This document shows positions 14,321 through 26,509 of a DNA stretch of 64,000 bases, one piece after another (position 1 is the stretch's first letter; the number at the start of each line of letters is the position of its first letter). A model generated the notes under the pieces. That model was not told the DNA's origin. It worked only from the letters and a program-made list of their open reading frames with translations, and did no database searches. Both the position numbers and the translations under genes were made by a program. This stretch comes from Mobula hypostoma. Lineage: Eukaryota. Where the stretch lies: positions 201,068,001 to 201,132,000 of the forward strand of contig NC_086097.1 of NCBI RefSeq assembly GCF_963921235.1, written 5' to 3'.

Positions 14321-14694
14321 CGTACAATGGCCATTTTATTAGGTACAGGATTGGAACTCACTGTGGTCTTCTGCTGCTATAGCCCGTCCGCTACAAGGTT
14401 CAATGTGTTGGGCATTCAGGTGTACTCCTCTGCACACCACTGTTGTAACGTATGATTACTTGAGCTACTGTCGTCTTCCTGTCAGCTCGAAGTAGACCAG
14501 TCATTCTCCTTTGACCCCTGTCATGAACAGGGCGTTTTTACCCATAGAACTGCCACTCACTGGAGGTTTTTTTCTTGTTTATCACACCATTCTCTGTAAC
14601 CTCTAGAGACCATTGTGCATGAAAATCCGAGAAGACCAACAGTTTCTCAAAAAGATGGGGTGGTTTGAGTACCTAATAAAGCAGCCACTGAGTG
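14321..14694. mobile_element. Non-autonomous Tc1/mariner-type DNA transposon (MITE)
   Basis: Imperfect ~26-bp TIRs (left CGTACAATGGCCATTTTATTAGGTAC; right GTACCTAATAAAGCAGCCACTGAGTG), flanked by TA at 14319-20 and 14695-96, interrupting the host CR1. Confidence 0.75.
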
Positions 14695-14869
14695 TATATT
14701 TAATTTGTTACTTGTTTGCCCATTCTTCTAACATGTCTAAATTCTTCTGCAGACTCCATGCTTCCTCAGCACAACCTGCCTCTCCAGCTATCTTCATATC
14801 GACTATAAATTTGGCCACAAATCCATCAATTCTGTTATACAACTTACAGACATATGATGTGAAAAAGCA

Positions 14870-15390
14870 GTCTGGTGAGGCCTTACTTGGAGTATTGTGA
14901 ACAGTTTTGGGCCCTATAGCTAAGAAAGGATATGCTGACATTGGAATGGGTTCAAAGGAAGCCCACAAAAATAATTCCAGGATTGGAATGCTTATCGTAT
15001 GAAGAGCGTTTGATGGCTTAGTGATACTTACTGGAATGTCATTGAAACCTATCGGATGTTGAAAGGTCTCAGTAGAGTGGATGTGGAGAGAACGCTTCCT
15101 ATGGTGGGGGAGTCTAGGACCAGAGGACACAGCCTCAGAATATTAGGATATCCATTTAGAATGAAGATGAGGAAGTACTTCTTTGGCCAGAGAGTGGTGA
15201 ACCAGACGGCTATGGATGCCAAGTCATTGTTATGTTTAAGGTAGAGTTTGATAGGTTTTTGATTAGTCAGTGCATGAAAGGTTACAGGGAGGAACAGAGA
15301 TTGTGGCTGAGGGAAATGAATCAAACAGGATGAAATGGCAGACCAGGCCTGATGGGCTAAATGGCTCTATTCTGCTTCTAGATCTTATAA
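14870..15390 (+). mobile_element. CR1 LINE 3' fragment nested antisense in the older CR1
   Basis: LVRPYLEYCEQFW...MLKGLSRVDVERTLPMVGESRTRGHSLRI...FFGQRVV, followed by a 3' UTR ending TCTTAT. Confidence 0.85.
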
Positions 15391-15612
15391 TCAGCACCTT
15401 CTGAAAACCCAAGTAAGTAACATCCACTGACTCCTTTGCCTATCCTGCCTGTTATTTTCTCAAAGAAATGCAAAAGATTTGTCAGGCAAGTTTACCCCTT
15501 AATTTCTCCTTAAGGAAACCCTACTGACGTTGGCCTATTTTATCATATGCAACCAAGTATCCCTGAACCTCATCCTTAATAATGGGTTCCAACGTCATAC
15601 CAACTATTGAAG

Positions 15613-15804
15613 CAACACACATCAAGGTTGCTGGTGAATGCAGCAGGCCAGGCAGCATCTCTAGGAAGAGGTACAGTCAACATTTCAGGCCGAGACCCTT
15701 CGTCAGGACTAACTGAAGGAAGAGTGAGTAAGAGATTTAAAAGTAGATGTGTGTTGCTTGAATTTCCAGCATCTGCAGAATTCCTGTTGTTTGCATTTTT
15801 AAAA
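15613..15804 (-). mobile_element. Short Penelope pLTR-derived insertion with hammerhead motif and 14-bp TSD
   Basis: TSD ACCAACTATTGAAG at 15599-15612 and 15805-15818. The body is near-identical to the 57.6 kb element, and the second arm is reduced to GATGTGTGTTGCTT plus the tail. Confidence 0.85.
15674..15711 (-). ncRNA. Minimal type I hammerhead ribozyme motif
   Basis: Minus strand: UAGUC-CUGACGA-AGG(GUCUCGG)CCU-GAAAUGUU-GACUG, giving helix I, the CUGANGA core, helix II, GAAA and an NUH triplet. Confidence 0.65.
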
Positions 15805-16467
15805 ACCAACTATTGAAGTCAGGTTAATGGATCTATACTTCCTTCTTAAAGAGTGCAGAGACATTTTCCAGTCCTCTGGTACTATTCCAGAATCTAGTGA
15901 ACTTTGAAAGAACACTACTAATGCCTCCACAATCTCTGCAGCTACCTCTTTTCAGAACCCCGGGGTATATACTATCTTGTCCAGGTGACTTATCTACCTT
16001 CAAACCTTTCATCTTCCTAAGTACTTTTTCCTTAGTAAAAGCAACTACATTCACTTCTTCCCCAACAGTTTTGAATTTCTGACATAATGGTAGTTTCCTC
16101 CAAAGTGAAGACACAACAAAATATTTTTAAATTCGTCCTCCATTACTATCCCTCCAGTGTCTTTTTCTAGTGGTCGAATATCCACTCTCACCTCTCTTTT
16201 ACACTTTATATTTTTGAAAAAGCTTTTGGTATCTTCTTTTATATCACTGGCTTCATATTTCATCTTTTATATTATTGGCTTCATATTTCACCTCCCACAG
16301 TAGAGCGGGAAAAGTTTAAAAAGAAGACCATATCCAGTGGGGAGCATTTGGAGCGAGCAGCAGAGAGAGAGGGTAGCAGAGTGATAGGGCTTTGGCTCAA
16401 CGGGCTTAGGCGGTAACGGGATGAGGCGAGGTAGGATTACCTGTGTTAATTGTGGAAAGGAGGAAGT

Positions 16468-17327
16468 ATGTGTGTGAGGCCGGTGTTCTGTCCTCTGTGT
16501 CAGATGTGGGAAGCCCTGCAGTCTCCCAGCCTCCCAGATGGCCATATCCACACCCGGTGTGTCAAGCTGCAGCTCCTAAGCGACCGCATTAGGGAACTGG
16601 AGTTGCAGCTCAATGACCTCCGTCTGGTCAGGGAGAGCGAGGAGGTGATAGAAAGGAGTTATAGGCAGGTGGTGACACCGGGGTCACGGGAGACAGACAA
16701 GTGGGTAACAGTCAGGAGAGGGAAGGGGAAGAGACAGGTACTACAGAGTACCCCTGAGGCTGTCCCCTGAACAATAAGTACTCCTGTTTGAGTACTGCTG
16801 GGGGGAACAGCACAGAGTCTGGCCCTGTGGCTCAGAAGGGTAGGGGAAGGAAGAGAAAGGCAGTAGTGATAGGGGACTCTATAGTTAGGGGGTCAGACGG
16901 CAATTCTGTGGATGCAGGAAAGAAACTTGGATGGTAGTTTCGAGATGTTTCAGACCGCGTCCACGATAACCTGCAGTGGGAGGGAGAACAGTCAGAGGTC
17001 GTGGTACATATTGGTACCAATGACATAGGTAGGAAAAGAGAAGAGGTTCTGAAAACAGACTACAGGGAGTTAGGAAGGAAGTTGAGAAGCAGGACTGCAA
17101 AGGTAGTAATCTCAGGATTTCTGCCTGTTCCACATGATAGTGAGTATAGGAATAGAATGAGGTGGAGGATAAATGCGTGGCTGAGGGATTAGAGCAGGGG
17201 GCAGGGATTCAGATTTCTGGATCATTGGTGTGACCTGTACAAAAAGGACGGGTTGCACTTGAATCCCAGGGGGACCAATATCCTGGCAGGGAGGTTTGCT
17301 AAGGCTACTGGGGAGAGTTTAAACTAG
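16468..17327 (+). pseudogene. CR1 ORF1: zinc-finger/leucine-zipper plus SGNH/GDSL-type esterase domain (frameshifted)
   Basis: CPLCQMWE...RCVKLQLLSDRIRELELQL, followed by VVIGDSIVRG, VVVHIGTND and DGLHLN motifs in shifting frames. Confidence 0.85.
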
Positions 17328-17776
17328 AATTGTTGGGGGGTGGGAACCGAACTGAAGAGACCGGGGAAGAGGCAGTTGGCTCACAAACAGAGAAAGCTTG
17401 GAGACAGTGTGTGAGGGAGGATAGGCAGGTGATAGAGAAAGGACGCGCTCAGACCGACGGTTTGAGATGTGTCTATTTTAACGCAAGGAGTATTGTGAAC
17501 AAAGTGAATGAGCTTACAGCATGGATCAGTACTTGGAGCTATGATGTGGTGGCCATTACAGAGACTTGGATGGCTCAGGGACAGGATGGTTACTTCAAGT
17601 GCTGGGTTTTATATGTTTCAGAAAGGACAGGGAGGGAGGCAAAAGAGGTGGGGGCATGGCACTGTTGATCAGAGATGGTGTCACGGCTGCAGAAAAGGTG
17701 GGTGTCATGGAGGGATTGTCTACGGAGTCTCTGTGGGTGGAGGTTAGGAACAGGAAGGGATCAATAACTCTACTGG

Positions 17777-19297
17777 GTGTTTTTTTATATGCCGCCCAAT
17801 AGTAACATGGATACCGAGGAGCAGATAGGGAAACAGATCCTGGAAAGGTGTAATAATAACAGAGTTGTCGTGGTGGGAGATTTTAAATTCCCAAATCCTG
17901 GTTGGCATTTCCCTAGAGCAAGGGGTTTAGATGGGGTGGAGTTTATTAGGCGAGTTCAGGAAGGTTTCTTGGCACAATATATAGATAAGCCTACAAGAGG
18001 AGAGACTGTACTTGATTTGGTATTGGGAAATGAACTTGGTCAGGTGTCAGATCTCTCAGTAGGAGAGCATTTTGGAGACAGTGATCATATTTCTATCTCC
18101 TTTACAATAGCATTGGAGAGAGATAGGAACAGACAATTTAGAAAAGTGTTTAACTGGAGTAAGGGGAATTATGAGGCTATCAGGCAGGAACTTGGAAGCT
18201 TAAATTGGGAATGGATATTCTCAGGGAAAGGTACAGAAGAAATGTGGCAAATGTTCAGGGGATATTTGTGTGGAGTTCTGCATAGGTACGTTCCAATGAG
18301 ACAGGGAAGTTATGGTAGGGTACAGGAACCATGGTGTACAAAGGCTGTAGTAAATCTAGTCAAGAAGAAAAGAAAAGCTTATGAAAGGTTCAGAGAGCAA
18401 GGTAATGTTAGAGATCTAGAAGATAAAAGGCTAACAGGAAGGAGCTTAGGAAGGAAATCAGGAGAGCCAGAAGGGGCCATGAGAAGGCCTTGGTGGGAAG
18501 TATTTAAGGAAAACGCCAAGGCATTCTACAAGTATGTGAAGAGCAAGAGGATAAGATGTGAAAGAATAGGACCTATCAAGTGTGACAGTGGGAAATTGTG
18601 TATGGAACCGGAGGAAATAGCAGAGGTACTTAATGAAGACTTTACTTCAGTATTCACTATGGAAAAGGATCTTGGAGATTGTAGTGATGACTTGCAGTGG
18701 ACTGAAAAGCTTGAGCATGTAGATATTAAGAAAGAGGATGTGCTGGAGCTTTTGAAAATCATCAAGTTAGATAAGTCACCAGGACCGGATGAGATGTACC
18801 CCAGGCTACTGTGGGAAGTGAGGGAGGAGATTGCTGGGTTTCTGGGGATGATCTTTGCATCATCAATGGGGACGGGAGAGATTCCGGAGGATTGGAGGGT
18901 TGCAGATGTTGTTCCTTTATTCAAGAAAGGGAGTAGAGATAGCCCAGGAAATTATAGACTAGTGAGTCTTACCTCAGTGGTTGGTAAGATGATGGAGAAG
19001 ATCCTGAGGGGCAGGACTTATGAACATTTGGAGAGGTATAATATGATTAGGAATAGTCAGCATGGCTTTGTCAAGGGCAGGTCGTGCCTTACGAGCCTGA
19101 TTGAATTTTTTGAGGATATGACTAAACACATTGATGAAGGAAGAGCCGTAGATGTAGTGTATATGGATTTCAGCAAGACATTTGATAAGGTACCCCATGT
19201 AAGGCTTATTGAGAAAGTAAGGAGGCATGGGAGTCAAGGGGACATTGCTTTGTGGATTCAGAAATGGCTAAACACAGAAGGCAAAGAGTGGTTGTAG
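17777..19297 (+). pseudogene. CR1 ORF2 fragment (APE C-terminus to RT N-half), 506 aa open segment
   Basis: GDFKFP, LDLVL, GDSDH, KSPGPD, NYRLVSLTS, QHGF, DFSKTFDKVPH. Confidence 0.9.
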
Positions 19298-20721
19298 ACA
19301 GGTCATATTCTGCATGGAGGTCGGTGACCAGTGGTGTGCCTCAGGGATCTGTCCTAGCACCTCTGCTCTTCGTGATTTTTATAAATGACCTGGATGAGGA
19401 AGTGGAGGTATGGGTTAGTAAGTCTGCTGATGACATAAAGGTTGGGGGATGTTGTGGCTAGTGTGGAGGGCTGTCAGAGGTTACAGCGCGACATTGATAG
19501 GATGCAAAACTGGGCTGAGAAGTAACAGATGGAGTTCAACCCAGATAAGTGTGCAGTGGTTCATTTTGGTTGGTCAAATATGAAGGCAGAATATAGTATT
19601 AATGGTAAGACTCTTGGTAGTGTGGAGGATCAGAGGGATCTTGGGGTTCGAGTCCATATGATGCTCAAAGCAGCTGCGCAGGTTGACTCTGTGGATAAGA
19701 AGGCATACGGTGTATTGGCCTTCATCAATCGTGGAATTGATTTTAGGAGCCGAGAGGTAATGTTGTAGCTATATAGTACCCTGGTCAGTCCCCACTTGGA
19801 GTACTGTGCTCAGTTCTGGTCGCCTCACTGCAGGAAGGATGAGGAAGCCATAGAAAGGGTACAGAGGAGATTTACAAGGATGTTGCCTGGATTGGGGAGC
19901 ATGCCTTATGAAAGCAGGTTGAGTGAACTCGGCCTTTTCTCCTTGGAGCGACAGAAGATGAGAGGTGACCTGATAGAAATATATAAGATGATGAGAGGCA
20001 TTGATCATGTGGATCGTCAGAGGCTTCTTCCCAGAGCTGAAATGGCTGCCACAAGAGAGCACATGTTTAAGGTGCTTGGGAGTAGGTGCAGAGGAGATGT
20101 CAGGGGTAAGTTTTTTACGCAGAGTGGTGAGTACTCTGCCGGCAACGGTGGTGGAGGCGGATACAATAGGGTCTTTTAAGAGACTTTTGGATAGGTACAT
20201 GGAGCTTGGAGAAATAGAGGGCTATGGGTAATCCTAGTAATTTCTAAGGTAGGGATGTGTTCGGCACAAATTTGTGGGCCGAAGGGCCTGTATTGTGCTG
20301 CAGTTTTTTTATGTTTCTATGTTTACTTTATTTATTGCTTTTTTAGTTTTTTTCTGTTGGTTTTTAAAAGTTTTGCGGTCCTTTAGATTTCCAGTAACTT
20401 TTGCTATATTGTATTCTTTTGCTTTTATGCTGTCTTGACTTCCTTTGTCAGCCACAGTTGGCTAATCCTCCCTCCAGAATACATCTTCTTCTTTGGTTTG
20501 TATCTTCCCTGTGCCTTTCAAGTTTCTCCCATAAACTCCCGCCATTGCTGTTTCTCTGTCATCACTGACAGCGTCCGCTTCCAGTCACCTTCGGTCAGCT
20601 CCTCTCTCATGCCTCTGTAGTTCCCTTTACTCCACTATAATACAGATACATCTAATTATAGCCTCTCCCGCTCATACTGTAGGGTAAGTTCTATCATATT
20701 ATGGTCATTGCTTCCCAAGGG

Positions 20722-20989
20722 ATTTTTAAAAAAAATTTTGAGATACAGTGCAGAACAGATCTTCAGGCTCAATGAGCCATGACATCAAACCACCTATCCA
20801 ACTCAAGCCAAATGTCAGGACAGTTTACAATGGCCAATTAGCCTACTAACAGGTCCATCTGTCAACAGTGAGAAGCACTTCACTTGGTCACAGTGAGAAC
20901 AAACAAACTTACAGTTGATGCCGAAATTCAACTCCAAACTCCGACGCCCTGTGCTGTCATGGTACTGTGCTAACCGCTACTATACCGTG
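20722..20989 (-). mobile_element. V-SINE (HE1-like) inserted in the old CR1
   Basis: CAGTTTACAATGGCCAATTAGCCTACTAAC...GTGCTAACCGCTACTATACCGTGG (tRNA-like head on the minus strand). The host CR1 CCAAGGG|TTCCTTTACC is interrupted here. Confidence 0.65.
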
Positions 20990-21031
20990 GTTCCTTTACC
21001 TTAAGCTCCCTAATCAAACCTGGTTCATTAC

Positions 21032-24000
21032 TGGGTCACTGTCAAGAGAGGGAAGGGAAATGCCCGGATAGTGGAAAGCACACCTGTGGCTGTCCCCCTC
21101 AGCAACAAATATCTTGTTCTGGATGCTGTTGAGGGGGATGACCTGACAGGGGACGCCCACAGTGACCAGGTCTCTGGCACTGAGCCTGGCGCTGTTGTGC
21201 AGGAGAGAAGGAGGGAGAAGAGGAATGTGGTAGCCGTGGGGGATTCCATAGTCAGGGGAAACGGATAGGAGATTCTATGAGCCTGATAGAGATACCCGCA
21301 TAGTGTGTTGCCTCCCAGGTGCCAGGGTACGGGATGTCTCGGATCGGGTCCAGAATATTCTGAAGGGGGAGAGTGAGCAGCCAGTTGTCTTGGTACATGT
21401 TGGTGCCAATGATATAGATAGGACAAAGGAGGAGGTCCTGAAGAGAGATTTCCAGGAGTTAGGAAGGAAGCTGAGAAGCAGGACCTCCAGGATAGTAATC
21501 TCGGGATTGCTACCTGTGCCACGTGCTAGCGAGGGCAAGAATAGTAGGATCAGGCAGATAAATGCGTGGCTGAGAGACTGGTGTAGGGGGCAGGGCTACA
21601 GATTCTTGGATAATTGGGATCTCTTCTAGGGGAAGTATGACCTGTTCAAAAAGAACAGGTTACACCTGAACCCGAGGGGGACCAATATCCTGGCGGGAAA
21701 GTTTAATAGAGCTGTTAGGGAGGGTTTAAACTAATTTGGCAGGGGGATGGGAACCGGAATGACAGAGCAGAGGAAGGGGAAACAGAAATAAATCTAAGAT
21801 AGTGAGCAGTAAAGATGTCAGGAAAGACAGGCAGGTGATGGGGCAAATTTGTAGCCATTGGGATGAGTTGCAGTGCAATAAAGTTGCAGTGAAATCAAAG
21901 CGAAAAGTACCAAATACTGGTCTTAAGGTGTTATACTTCAATGCCCGCAGCATAAGGAATAAGGTGGATGATCTTGTCGTACAGCTACAGATTGGCAGGT
22001 ATGATATTGTGGCCATCACTGAGACGTGGCTAAAGGATGCATGTCTCTGGGAGCTGAACGTCCAGGGGTACACGGTGTATTGGAAGGATAGGAAGGTAGA
22101 CAGAGGGGGAGGCGTGGCTTTATTGGTAAGAAATGATATTAAATCATTAAAAAGAGGTGACATAGGATCGGACGGTGCAGAATCTTTATAGGTTGAGCTA
22201 AGAAATCACAGGGGTAAAAGGACCCTGATGGCAGTTATTTATAGGCCTCCAAACAGCTGCAGTGATGTGGACTACAAATTACAACGGGAAATAGAAAAGG
22301 CTTATCAGAAGGGATGTGTTATGACAATTGTGGGGGATTTTAACATGCGAGTGGATTGGGAACGTCAGGTCGGCACTGGATCTTGAGATAGAGAATTTGT
22401 GGAATGTCTGCGAGATGGCTTTTTAGAACAGCTTGTTGTTGAGCCCACTAGGGGATTGGCTGTACTGGATTGGGTATTGTGTAATGAACCGGAAGTGATT
22501 AGAGAGATTGAGGTGAAGGAACCCTTAGGAGACAGTGATCGTAACACGATTGAGTTCACTGTGAAATTTGAAAAAGAGAAGCCGAAATCTGATGTGTTGG
22601 TATTTCAGTGGAGTAAAGGAAATTACAGTGGCATGAGAGAGGAACTGGTCAAAGTTGACTAGAAAGGGACACTGGCGGGAAAGACGGCAGAGCAGCAGTG
22701 GCTGGAGTTTATGCGAGAAGTGAGGAAGGTGCAAGACAGATACATTCCAAAAAAAGAAGAAATTTTCGAATGTAAAAAGGATGCAACCGTGGCTGACAAG
22801 AGAAGTCAAAGCCAAAGTTAAAGCAAAGGAGAAGGCATACAAGGAAGCAAAAATTAGTGGGAAGACAGAGGATTGGGAAGTTTTTAAAATCTTACAAAAG
22901 GAAACTAAGAAGGTCATTAAGAGGGAAAAGATTAACTATGAAAGGAAGCTAGCAAATAATATCAAAGAGGATGCTAAAAGCTTTTTCAAGTATATAAAGA
23001 GTTAAAGACAGGTGAGAGTAGGTATTGGTCCAATAGAAAATGATGCCGGAGAAATTGTAATGGGAGTTAAGGAGATAGCAGAGGAACTGAATGAGTATTT
23101 TGCATCAGTCTTCACTGAGGAAGACATCAGCAGTATACCGGACACTCAAGGGTGGCAGGGAAGAGAAGTGTGCGCAGTCACAATTACGACAGAAAAAGTA
23201 CTCAGGAAGCTGAATAGTCTAAAGGTAGATAAATCTCCCGGACCAGATGGAATGCACCCACGTGTTCTGAAGGAAGTAGCTGTGGAGATTGCGGAGGCAT
23301 TAGCGATGATCTTTCAAAAGTCGATAGATTCTGGCATGGTTCCGGAGGACTGGAAGATTGCAAATGTCACTCCGCTATTTAAGAAGGGAGCAAGGAAGCA
23401 AAAAGGAAATTATAGACCTGTTAGCTTGACATTGGTGGTTGGGAAATTGTTGGAGTCGATTATCAAGGATGAGGTTACGGAGTACCTGGAAGCATATGAC
23501 AATATAGGCAGAACTCAGCATGGATTCCTTAAAGGAAAATCCTGCCTGACAAACCTATTACAATTTTTTGAGGAAATTACCCGTAGGCTAGGGAGATGCA
23601 GTGGATGTTGTATATTTGGATTTTCAGAAGGCCTTTGACAAGGTGCCACACATAAGGCTACTTAACAAGATAAGAGCCCATGGAATTATGGGAAGGTTAC
23701 ATATGTGGATAGGGCATTGGCTGATTGGCAGGAAACAGAGAGTAGGAATAAAGGGATCCTATTCTGGTTGGCTGCCGGTTACCAGTGGTGTTCCACAGGG
23801 GTCAGTGTTGGGGCCGCTTCTTTTTACATGGTACATCAACGATTTGGATTATGGAATAAATGGATTTATGGCTAAATTTGCTGACGATACAAAGATAGGT
23901 GGAGGGGCCGGTAGTGCTGAGGAAACAGAAAGTCTGCAGAGAGACTTGGATAGCTTGGAAGAATGGGCAAAGAAGTGGCAAATGAAATACAATGTTAGAA

Positions 24001-24808
24001 AGTGTATGGTTATGCACTTTGGCAGAAGAAATAAACGGGCAGACTATTATTTAAATGGGGAAAGAATTCAAAGCTCTGAGATGCAACGGGACTTGGGAGT
24101 CCTCGTACAGGATACCCTTAAGGTTAACCTCCAGGTTGAGTCGGTAGTGAAGAAGGCGAATGCAATGTTGGCATTCCTTTCTAGGGTAATAGAGTACAGG
24201 AGCAGGGATGTGATGTTGAGGCTCTATAAAGCGCTGGTGAGACCTCACTTGGAGTACTGTGGGCAGTTTTGGTCTCCTTATTTAAGAAAGGATGTGCTGA
24301 CGTTGGAGAGGGTACAGAGAAGATTCACTAGAATGATTCCGGGAATGAGAGGGTTAACGTATGAGGAACGTTTGTCCGCTCTTGGACTGTATTCCTTGGA
24401 ATTTAGAAGAATGAGGGGAGACCTCATAGAAACATTTCGAATGTTGAAAGGCATGGACAGAGTGGATGTGGCAAAGTTGTTTCCCATGATGGGGGAGTCT
24501 AGTACGAGAGGGCATGACTTAACGATTGAAGGGCGCCCATTCAGAACAGAAATGCGAAGAAATTTTTTTAGTCAGAGGGTGGTGAATCTATGGAATTTGT
24601 TGCCACGGGCAGCAGTGGAGGCCAAGTCATTGGGTGTATTTAAGGCAGAGATTGATAGGTATCTGAGTAGCCAGGGCATCAAAGGTTATGGTGAGAAGGG
24701 GAGTGGGACTAAATGGGAGAATGGATCAGCTCATGATAAAATGGCGGAGCAGACTCGATGGGCCAAATGGCCGACTTCTGCTCCTTTGTCTTATGGTCTT
24801 ATGGTCTT
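21032..24808 (+). mobile_element. 5'-truncated CR1 LINE (ORF1 esterase + ORF2), (TCTTATGG)n tail, 5-bp TSD
   Basis: VAVGDSIVRG, VHVGAND, YFNARSI, RT ORFs 23012-23638 and 23601-24881 (VPQGSVLGP, KFADD). ATTAC is duplicated at 21027-31 and 24809-13. Confidence 0.95.
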
Positions 24809-25789
24809 ATTACATAACATCCAATCCAGAATTTCCTTTTCCCTAGTGGGCTCAGTCACAAGCTGCTCTAAGAAGCCATAATATAGACATTCTTTCGGGA
24901 CCCAACTTCAACATAATTTTCCCAATCTATCTGCATTTTGAAATCACCCATTGCCCTTTTTATATGCCTTTTTTATCTCCCGCTGTAATTTGTATCCCAC
25001 ATCCTGACCACTGTTTAGAGGCTTAGCCCCATATCCTGGCTATCCTTCGAAGGCTTGAACGATATAAATCAACTGTGTTATTCCTTTTCGATAGTTACGA
25101 GTGACTTTAACTTATCGCCATTATTAGCTTTCACTATCATAACTAAATGAAGCTTGCTGCTGTCCTGGAGAACTCGACCTACTTTAAACCAGAAAGGGCT
25201 AACTCTCCTTCAATGTCTAAATAGTAGGTAATCTCAGTAACATGATCTTACTGATCAAAATTGTGCAACTGATAAATATAATTTACTCATTTTATATCAG
25301 ACCATTATTCTTGCCACACTACAGCCATTCACCAGATCAGGTGACGAGTGCTATCTACAGAATCTGTGCAGAAAGTGCACAGATTCTACGTTAATGTTTT
25401 GGGCTGGTCAGAATTTGGCAAAACATTGGAAACCAAACAAGTTTTAAGTTGTGAAGAAGACAAAGGCAATGTACCTGAAAAGGTGGAAACCAGGAGGGAC
25501 TGAATATTACAAATAGTGGTGGTGCCAGCTGACAGGAGCTTGTTACCAGCAGTGGGAACTAATGTAATAGGTAACAGGAAATATAATAAGCAGAGGTAAT
25601 CTGCAAAATGGTCACCTAGCTGGCATTTGGTATCTCCAATTTTGAGAAGATCACATTAAGAACACTAAATACAAGAGAATAAATTAGAAGAATCAGAGGC
25701 AAGTCATTACCTCACACAGAATGACTGATGCAGGCACGCGGTTAAATTCTTACTTAAGGCACACTCAGCATTTTCCTGTTACGCTGATT

Positions 25790-26400
25790 ATTGTATTGCC
25801 TGATATCCTACCTTTGATATCCTGAGGTCTAGTCTGAGACCGGATAATTAATTACTGTGAATGCAAGAGCACAGTAATTAAGTGCCTGGTCCAAGCGGTG
25901 CAATATGCGAAAAAAGAGCTTAACTCCTGATTGCAAAGGCGTTCATCATTTACAAGGTACAAGTCAAGAGAGTAATGAAATATTCTCTAAATGCCTCAAC
26001 GAGTGCAGCTTCAAGTAAACTGAAGAATCTTCACTACTTGCCTCAATGAATACAGCTCAGAGCACATTGAAAAATCTTTTCTACTTAGCGCAACGAATGC
26101 ACATAGAGGAATGTTCTCAAGCTGCCCTGATGAATGCAGCTCCAAGCACACTGAGGAAGCTTGATTTCATTAACAAACAGTGAGATACCTGATTTCAACC
26201 CTCTCAAATCCTGTGAAAGTTCACAATCGACCACCATTCATGGTGCTAAAATTTGCACCATGTTCAAAATGGACGGCAGCAACTCTCCCAGACTTTAACA
26301 GCACAAAATAATGATCTGACCTTTGCAATAAAGAAGACGAATACCAACAACAGTTTGTGTACTCCGCCACCTATGAAACAGATTTAAGTTGCATATTATC
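25790..26400 (+). mobile_element. Ancient L2/CR1-group LINE 3' remnant with internal ~47-bp tandem amplification
   Basis: IYKVQVKRVMKYSLNAS...SAASSKLKNL, followed by degenerate repeats of TGCCTCAAYGARTRCAGCT...CTGAAGAATCTT at ~25992-26163. Confidence 0.5.
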
Positions 26401-26509
26401 TGAGTGGCAGACCTCGTAGTCTGATTGGCAATAGCAAGATCAACTTAGGAGAGATAGGATCATGAATACTGTTATCTCAAGCTGGTATCCATAAATTTTC
26501 AGATAGTTA

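Larger units (their letters stand above)
16291..20324 (+). mobile_element. Full-length (decayed) CR1 LINE: 5' UTR, ORF1, ORF2 (APE-RT), (ATGTTTCT)n tail
   Basis: ORF1 at ~16468-17327 and ORF2 at ~17330-20230 (YFNARSI, VAITETW, SDH, QHGF, DFSKTFDKVPH, VPQGS, ADD, LEYCAQFW), broken by frameshifts and stops. Tail TTTATGTTTCTATGTTT. Confidence 0.95.
13552..25040 (-). mobile_element. Old CR1 LINE split into pieces (13552-16290, 20325-21031, 24809-25040) by nested insertions
   Basis: 3' tail TAAGACCATAAGACATAGGAGCAG at ~13552. Minus-strand RT/APE peptides include LEYCKQLL, KFIVDMKIAG, DKSPGQDSIYP and KEDTKSFFK. The sequence resumes colinearly after each insertion when compared with the 35.9-37.9 and 39.6-42.9 kb copies. 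Confidence 0.85.

Noticed and set aside
25359..25387. 12-bp perfect hairpin AGAATCTGTGCA-GAAAG-TGCACAGATTCT
   Set aside because: Short, single, and lying in degraded repeat-like sequence, with no supporting functional context.
25992..26163. CRISPR-like repeat periodicity
   Set aside because: The units are degenerate tandem copies with no unique spacers, the context is eukaryotic, and no cas genes are present.
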